Part shown: positions 58,883 to 64,000 of the stretch, piece after piece
Layout: each line of letters starts with the position of its first letter
Numbering within the stretch: the stretch's first letter is position 1
Origin: Candidatus Bathyarchaeota archaeon
GTDB taxonomy: Archaea > Thermoproteota > Bathyarchaeia > TCS64
Direction: 5' to 3'
Assembly: GCA_026014815.1 (NCBI GenBank)
Contig: JAOZHP010000140.1
Location: 17,437 to 81,436 of the forward strand
DNA: 64,000 bases
Made by a program: the position numbers and the translations under genes
The notes under the pieces: generated by a model
Databases searched by the model: none
Told to the model about the DNA's origin: nothing
What the model saw: only the letters and a program-made list of their open reading frames with translations

Positions 58883-59533
58883 ATGAGTGAAGAGATTTTC
58901 AGCGAGCTCAGAGATGCAGTGTTGTTCTTTGACGATGAGAAAGCAAGAGCCCTAGCTGTAAAGGCACTGGAGATGGGCATAGACCCCGTGATGACCTTGG
59001 AGGAAGGGCTAGCTAAGCCCCTGAGAGAGGTTGGTGACCGGTTCGAGACCGGTGAAGCGTTCATCACGGAGCTAATCGCGTCCGCCCAAGCCATGGAGGC
59101 TGGAGCCAAGGTTCTAAATGAGGAGATCACTCGGCGAGGGGTTAACCGTAAGTCCGTTGGTAAGTTCCTCATCGGCACTGTGGAGGGCGATATTCACAGC
59201 ATCGGGAAGAACATCGTGGCGACCATGCTGACTGCGGCTGGCTTCGAAGTAATCGACCTGGGCACAGATATACCCACATGGACCTTCGTCGAGAAGGTAA
59301 AGGAGTATGAGCCTGATATCCTGGGCCTTAGCGCCCTCATGACCACGACCATGGTCAAACAGAAAGAGATCTTGGGGGCTCTCCGGGACATAGGATTGAG
59401 ATCAAAGGTCAAGGTCATCGTTGGGGGAGCACCTGTCACTGAGGCATGGGTCAAGGAGATAGGCGCAGACGCTATCGGATTCGACGCCGGTAGCGCTGTG
59501 CAGGTGACTTTGAGACTTATGGAGGGGAGCTAA
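58883..59533 (+). CDS. Cobalamin-binding corrinoid protein (MtmC/MtbC/MttC-like)
   Basis: N-terminal helical cap domain, followed by a GDIHSIGKN (DxHxxG) B12-binding motif and a Rossmann-like remainder. Confidence 0.8.
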   Translation: MSEEIFSELRDAVLFFDDEKARALAVKALEMGIDPVMTLEEGLAKPLREVGDRFETGEAFITELIASAQAMEAGAKVLNEEITRRGVNRKSVGKFLIGTVEGDIHSIGKNIVATMLTAAGFEVIDLGTDIPTWTFVEKVKEYEPDILGLSALMTTTMVKQKEILGALRDIGLRSKVKVIVGGAPVTEAWVKEIGADAIGFDAGSAVQVTLRLMEGS

Positions 59534-59615
59534 ACTGGTCCAGCTGAGATTCCTCAGCGACTCTGATGTCGATGAGATCCATGGTGCGTCACTTGAAGTC
59601 CTCGGGACGGCTGGA

Positions 59616-60986
59616 GTGATGGTGAAAAACAAGCCGGCCTTGAAGCTATTGAGTGAAAATGGTTGCGATGTCAAATCAAACATTGTACGTATGCCTTCCG
59701 GTCTCGTAGAGGAGGCGTTGAGTAAGGTCCCCTCGTCTTTCAAGCTATACTCACGTGAGGGAAAACAGGCTTACACAGTAGGTGGAGATAATGTCATCTA
59801 TAACCCTGGCTCGGCGGCGATTTTCTTCCTCGACGGTGAGACGGAAGAGATGCGTAGGGCAACTGCAGAAGATTTCAGGGACCTTGTACGCCTCACTGAC
59901 GCCTTGCCGCATATCCACGCGCAGAGCACGGCTATGGTGCCGGCTGATGTTCCTGAGGATATCTCTGATCTATACAGGCTCTACTTGATTCTCAAGAACT
60001 CTACGAAACCCATCGTGACTGGCGCCTTCACAATAGAGGGTCTCATTGACATGAAGAACATGCTTGAGGCTGTTGTTGGTGGCCCTGAGGAGTTGGCTGA
60101 AAAGCCCAGAGCTATCTTTGACTGCTGTCCATCATCTCCGTTGATGTGGAGCGACGTTACTTGCCAGAATCTATTGGACTGCGCTGAGCATGGTATCCCG
60201 GCTGAGATCATTCCTGCGCCTCAGATGGGTGCTACCAGCCCAGTTAGCATCGCGGGTACAATCGTTGAGGCTAACGCCGAGTTCCTGAGCGGTCTGGTTA
60301 TCAGTCAGCTCGCTAATCCTGGATCAGTTGTTATCTATGGGGGAAGCCCATCTGCGTTCGATATGAGGTACCTGACTGCCCGTCTGGGCGCCGTTGAATC
60401 TGTGATGGCTGCATGTGCCTCGGCTCAGATGGGTAAGAGTTATGGTGTGCCTACTCATGGTTACCTCGGGCTCAGTGACTCAAAGGCTGTAGATGGCCAG
60501 AGTAGCTTCGAGTCAGGGATGGGAATCCTTCTCGCGGCTATGTCTGGGGTGAACATTGTCTCGGGTCCCGGTATGCAGGCTAGCGAGAATTGTCAGAGCC
60601 TTGAGAAGCTGGTCATCGATAACGAGTATTGCGGGACGGCGTACCGGTTAATCAAGGGTATAACCGTGGACGACACGACGTTAGCCGCTGAACTCATCTC
60701 AAAAGTGGGTCCAGGTGGACACTTCCTCGCAGAGAAGCATACACGGGAGAACCTCAGAAAAGAACGGTTCATGCCCACAGATGTATTGGACAGACTCAGC
60801 CCAGACGCGTGGACCAAGGCAGGATCCAAGGACACGATGCAGAGAGCGAGGGAGAGAGCAAAGAAGCTACTGAAGGAACACACACCTGAAGCTTTACCCA
60901 AGGCTTCCGAGGAGAGACTGGAAACCGTGTTCAAGAAGATCCTCACGAGACGCAGAGTGACAGCGAATCAACTCCCAGTCCTTTAG
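59616..60986 (+). CDS. MttB-superfamily (trimethylamine methyltransferase family) corrinoid-dependent methyltransferase, non-pyrrolysine type. The true start probably lies upstream of the first canonical start.
   Basis: It aligns along its whole length to MttB (IHGASLEVLGTAGV...ENGCDV...VIDNEY...). There is no in-frame amber codon. The frame is open from 59514, but the first ATG/GTG is at 59616/59619. Confidence 0.75.
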   Translation: MMVKNKPALKLLSENGCDVKSNIVRMPSGLVEEALSKVPSSFKLYSREGKQAYTVGGDNVIYNPGSAAIFFLDGETEEMRRATAEDFRDLVRLTDALPHIHAQSTAMVPADVPEDISDLYRLYLILKNSTKPIVTGAFTIEGLIDMKNMLEAVVGGPEELAEKPRAIFDCCPSSPLMWSDVTCQNLLDCAEHGIPAEIIPAPQMGATSPVSIAGTIVEANAEFLSGLVISQLANPGSVVIYGGSPSAFDMRYLTARLGAVESVMAACASAQMGKSYGVPTHGYLGLSDSKAVDGQSSFESGMGILLAAMSGVNIVSGPGMQASENCQSLEKLVIDNEYCGTAYRLIKGITVDDTTLAAELISKVGPGGHFLAEKHTRENLRKERFMPTDVLDRLSPDAWTKAGSKDTMQRARERAKKLLKEHTPEALPKASEERLETVFKKILTRRRVTANQLPVL

Positions 60987-61324
60987 GCACAACATGTGCC
61001 AGAGGATTACGTTTTTTCTTTTTCTTGTGGTTTCAGTAGAACTAGTATCATAGCTGTCCCCAGTGTATCCAGTAGGAAGCTAGCATAGAAGGGAGTTGAA
61101 AGTGATACGTTGTAGTAGAGGTATCCCCCAACGTAGCTGGCAGGAGTGCTTACGAGGCTCACGAAGGTGCCTATGGCTCCGTACTCGGTCTTGCTGAGCC
61201 CAATGACCTCGACGGCATTAATGGTATCAACCGGGAGCCTTGGACAATAAAAGATTATGCACTTTTATTTATTGTAGGCATGACACAAAAAATGAAACAA
61301 GTTTAAAAAAAATTCTGATTCAAA

Positions 61325-62512
61325 TTATTCGACTTTAACTCCGAACTGTAGTACGGCTAGCCCTAAGAACATGATGATGAAGCTCACCGTGAAGATCGGG
61401 AATAATCCAAAATAGTCTGCTATGTACGCGGCCACCAATGGAGCCACCACGCTCACGATGCTCTGAGGCAGGAAACTGATGGCGAACCCCATCCCCATCT
61501 GACGGGGTGGACTCAGTTTAGCCGTCAACGCTGCAGTCGCAGGCATCCCCAGTATCCCACAGAACCTATACATCAGGTATAACACCATGAATGGTAGAAA
61601 TCCCTCTGTGAAGAACGCTACAATATAGAATATGTACCCTACCCCCAGCGCGATCACCGCCCACCGCTTATCACCTAACCGGCCAGCCATGTATCCCCCT
61701 ACGGGAGAAGCCGCTAGACCCAGAACACTCGCGGCGCTGAACATTATACCTAGATCCATGACGCTCCAGCCCCTCATATCAGCCAAGTAGATGGGAAGGA
61801 AAGTCCCTATCATTCCCAACGCGAACTGTCGTATTCCTGACGCAGACAGATACATTACGAAATCCTTGTTCAGAAGCGTCTGGACTTCACCTTCCTCAGG
61901 TTCCTTATCGGCGTTCTCGGTGCCCGCACCTTTCATGTCCTTGATGAAGAACACCAGTACCAAACCCAAGGCTATGATAGGCACCCAGAAGAGGTACACC
62001 TGCCTCCACTGGAACATGAAGTACCCCATCAACAATGTGATGCTTGCAGGACCAAGTGCCACCCCGAAGGTGCCCCCGGCGTTGAGGAACCCCATCGCCT
62101 TGCTCCTATCCTTGCTTTCCACCATCCGCGCAGTGTAGCTGTGGCTAGGTGGATGGTAGAACGTGCTCGTCAATGTCAGCAAGATCAACCCCACGATGTA
62201 CATAGCTGGATTGATGGTTAGCCCAGCGATAAGCGCACCAAATACCGCCATCGCCAAGCTAAGCCCTACAAGCCTCCTTGCACCGTATCTGTCACTCATC
62301 CACCCAACTGGGATAGTGAATATCACTGAGGCTAGACTCGGGATCGCGCTTATGAGCCCGATCTCCAAGTTGCTCAAAACAAACTCTTCTCTCAGCTCCA
62401 CGATCATAGTGCTCCTCATATTACCAGCCGCGTGTATCAACGCGTGTGTCGCCACCATAGCTAAAAGCGCGAAACTAAACAAACCCCTCTTCTTCTCACC
62501 CAAAATAATCAC
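61325..62512 (-). CDS. MFS transporter
   Basis: 12-TM pattern with a DRYGARR motif. Confidence 0.7.
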   Translation of the reverse strand: MIILGEKKRGLFSFALLAMVATHALIHAAGNMRSTMIVELREEFVLSNLEIGLISAIPSLASVIFTIPVGWMSDRYGARRLVGLSLAMAVFGALIAGLTINPAMYIVGLILLTLTSTFYHPPSHSYTARMVESKDRSKAMGFLNAGGTFGVALGPASITLLMGYFMFQWRQVYLFWVPIIALGLVLVFFIKDMKGAGTENADKEPEEGEVQTLLNKDFVMYLSASGIRQFALGMIGTFLPIYLADMRGWSVMDLGIMFSAASVLGLAASPVGGYMAGRLGDKRWAVIALGVGYIFYIVAFFTEGFLPFMVLYLMYRFCGILGMPATAALTAKLSPPRQMGMGFAISFLPQSIVSVVAPLVAAYIADYFGLFPIFTVSFIIMFLGLAVLQFGVKVE

Positions 62513-62630
62513 ACATCATACACCCAATAAGATAAAAAACCTTAGAGGGGAGGGGGGGTCAACTAGATAAACCCGAAAACAGTCCCCTTCAGCCAAAACA
62601 AGACCCAGAACGCCCCCAATTCGATCCCAA

Positions 62631-62668
62631 TCTACGTAAAAATGCGGCTTATTCTACGTAAAAACGCG
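62631..62668. promoter_or_regulatory. Direct repeat TCTACGTAAAAA(T/C)GCG, two copies 22 bp apart, upstream of the MFS gene
   Basis: Copies at 62631-62646 and 62653-62668, read directly. Confidence 0.35.
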
Positions 62669-62779
62669 TCTCACAACCCGAAAATAAGCGGAGAGAAAAA
62701 AATAATACGCTAATGAAACAATGAAACCCTAAGGTCCATTATTCTAATGGAACTTAACACGAGTCTTTGGTCTGAAAAA

Positions 62780-63124
62780 TTAACCGATGCCCAGAGTCAT
62801 GCTCACCACAAGGATCACAAGAACTACACCAGTGAGCATCGTGTAAAGCCAGTCATGCATCCAAGCATAAACGACAGTACTGGCCACGATCCGTAACACA
62901 GGAGTCATGATCAACACGAGAAAACCCAGAAAAATCACGTGACTAGGCTCCAAGAAAGGATCACCACCAAGCACCCAATCAAAAGTCATCACCCCGTAAG
63001 GACAAGACGTGTCACCGGTAACCCATAATAGCCCAAGACCAGCCACCAACAACAAGCCACTCAAGACAACGCCTCCCCAGAGTAGCTTGGAGATGAAGAC
63101 TTCCATCGCCTTAACCTTATTCAC
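62780..63124 (-). CDS. DUF1634-like small membrane protein
   Basis: Three TM helices. It overlaps the upstream TauE/SafE gene, which is the usual pairing for DUF1634. Confidence 0.45.
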   Translation of the reverse strand: MNKVKAMEVFISKLLWGGVVLSGLLLVAGLGLLWVTGDTSCPYGVMTFDWVLGGDPFLEPSHVIFLGFLVLIMTPVLRIVASTVVYAWMHDWLYTMLTGVVLVILVVSMTLGIG

Positions 63125-63966
63125 AGCAGTCCAGCTCCCGAGATAATCATCCTAAGACCAAGAATTAGAAGCACTGCTATGAAAACACGTTTCATCATGA
63201 CGCCCCTAAGCCTCCTTGTCATACGTGCCCCTAAATATGAACCAACAAGTGTACCTAGCACCACGGGAGCCGTGATGAACACGTCGCAAAACCCATGCCT
63301 GATGTACACTAAGGCGCTTGCAGACGCGGTAACCCCAATCATGAAGTTACTTGTAGCAACAGCTGCCTTCATAGGCACACTGCTCACAACGTTCATGGCA
63401 GGCACCTTCACTCCACCACCGCCGATCCCAAGAAGCCCCGAGAGAATCCCAGCAATATAACTAACACCGAAAGTAGGCAGAGTATGATCAACGCCATACT
63501 CAATTTCTTCCTCTCTGGCCTCATCCCAATAGCTACCTCCAAGCCGTAGTTTAGACGCTAACCAGTCATCAGGCCTACTCTCCCAGCTCCGGTCCGTCTT
63601 TCTCATCTGCACCCCCATCACCACTGAAGCGTAGAGGAGGCTTAAACCAAACAAAGCCTTCAACACAGATTCACTGGCGTTTGCCATCAAGCTAGCACCG
63701 GTTACAGCGCCAAGTGTGGTAGCCAGCTCAAGGAACATGCCAAGCCTCATGTTAGTGACTTCATCCCTCACATAGACAGACGCGGAGGCGCTGCTCGTGG
63801 CCACAACAGCCACTATGCTGGCGCCAGAAGCAATGTGGATAGGGACATCAAGAAGGAACACCAACAATGGAACCATGATGACACCGCCACCTAGACCCAG
63901 TAGCGCCCCCATGAACCCTGAGGATAAAGCAATAATTATGGCGTAGAAAATAAATAGAGGCGTCAC
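63121..63966 (-). CDS. TauE/SafE (DUF81/TSUP) family membrane transporter
   Basis: GALLGLGGGVIMVPLL and a second GIGGGGVKVPAM repeat. Confidence 0.75.
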   Translation of the reverse strand: MTPLFIFYAIIIALSSGFMGALLGLGGGVIMVPLLVFLLDVPIHIASGASIVAVVATSSASASVYVRDEVTNMRLGMFLELATTLGAVTGASLMANASESVLKALFGLSLLYASVVMGVQMRKTDRSWESRPDDWLASKLRLGGSYWDEAREEEIEYGVDHTLPTFGVSYIAGILSGLLGIGGGGVKVPAMNVVSSVPMKAAVATSNFMIGVTASASALVYIRHGFCDVFITAPVVLGTLVGSYLGARMTRRLRGVMMKRVFIAVLLILGLRMIISGAGLL

Positions 63967-64000
63967 AGCATCAGGAGCACAGTATCCAATTTAAATTTTC

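Noticed and set aside
59616-60986. Possibility that the MttB-family gene encodes pyrrolysine (in-frame amber codon)
   Set aside because: The ORF is uninterrupted, with no in-frame TAG. The position corresponding to Pyl aligns to Leu/Ser, and no pylTSBCD genes are seen in the window. It is a non-Pyl family member.
62547-62558. G-run GGGGAGGGGGGG, a possible G-quadruplex or homopolymer artefact
   Set aside because: There is only a single short tract. It may affect local sequencing accuracy, but no second G-tract is present to form a quadruplex.
62600-62630. TTCGATCCC T-loop-like string suggesting a tRNA
   Set aside because: I could not build an acceptor or anticodon stem around it. It is probably a chance match. 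No tRNAs were confidently identified anywhere in the window by eye.
1-64000. CRISPR arrays, IS elements or integrases, and rRNA genes
   Set aside because: There are no regularly spaced direct repeats, no transposase-, integrase- or recombinase-like ORFs, and no rRNA-like conserved stretches. The window looks like core or accessory chromosome without obvious mobile elements.

Overview
This is a gene-dense archaeal-type window of about 50% GC with roughly 65 protein-coding genes on both strands. I found no rRNA, tRNA or CRISPR by eye. The archaeal assignment rests on several features: two pilin genes with class III (type IV pilin-like) signal peptides, a eukaryote-type topoisomerase IB, a tungsten-type aldehyde:ferredoxin oxidoreductase with a MoaD/SAMP-like partner, MinD-ferredoxin and NifX-like genes, and frequent TTG/GTG start codons.

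Gene content points to an anaerobic or microaerobic heterotroph living on peptides and amino acids. It includes M20D, M14 and amidohydrolase-family hydrolases, two beta-lactamase-fold proteins, an ACC-deaminase/D-cysteine-desulfhydrase-family enzyme, sucCD, many MFS transporters, and a corrinoid protein paired with a non-pyrrolysine MttB-family methyltransferase.

The strongest candidate for an uncharacterised system is a compact module at 10.5-15.8 kb: Mrp/NBP35, three NifX-like proteins, two MinD-type ATPases with ferredoxin inserts, a DUF5320-like protein, a DUF134 DNA-binding protein and a QueG-like Fe-S protein. The DUF134/DUF5320 divergent promoter carries three TGTG-N6-CACA-type inverted repeats.

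Other points of interest are:
- a recently duplicated M20D amidohydrolase whose second copy has an in-frame deletion of about 90 aa that removes catalytic residues;
- a shared 'Ser/Thr-rich, IPG[LY]P, TM helix, basic' C-terminal tail on two secreted proteins, which looks like a sorting signal;
- an MttB-family ORF whose conserved N-terminus has no canonical start codon and overlaps the corrinoid gene stop in the +1 frame;
- a cytoplasmic class-A beta-lactamase homologue.

All functional calls come from motif recognition by eye. No database search was run.
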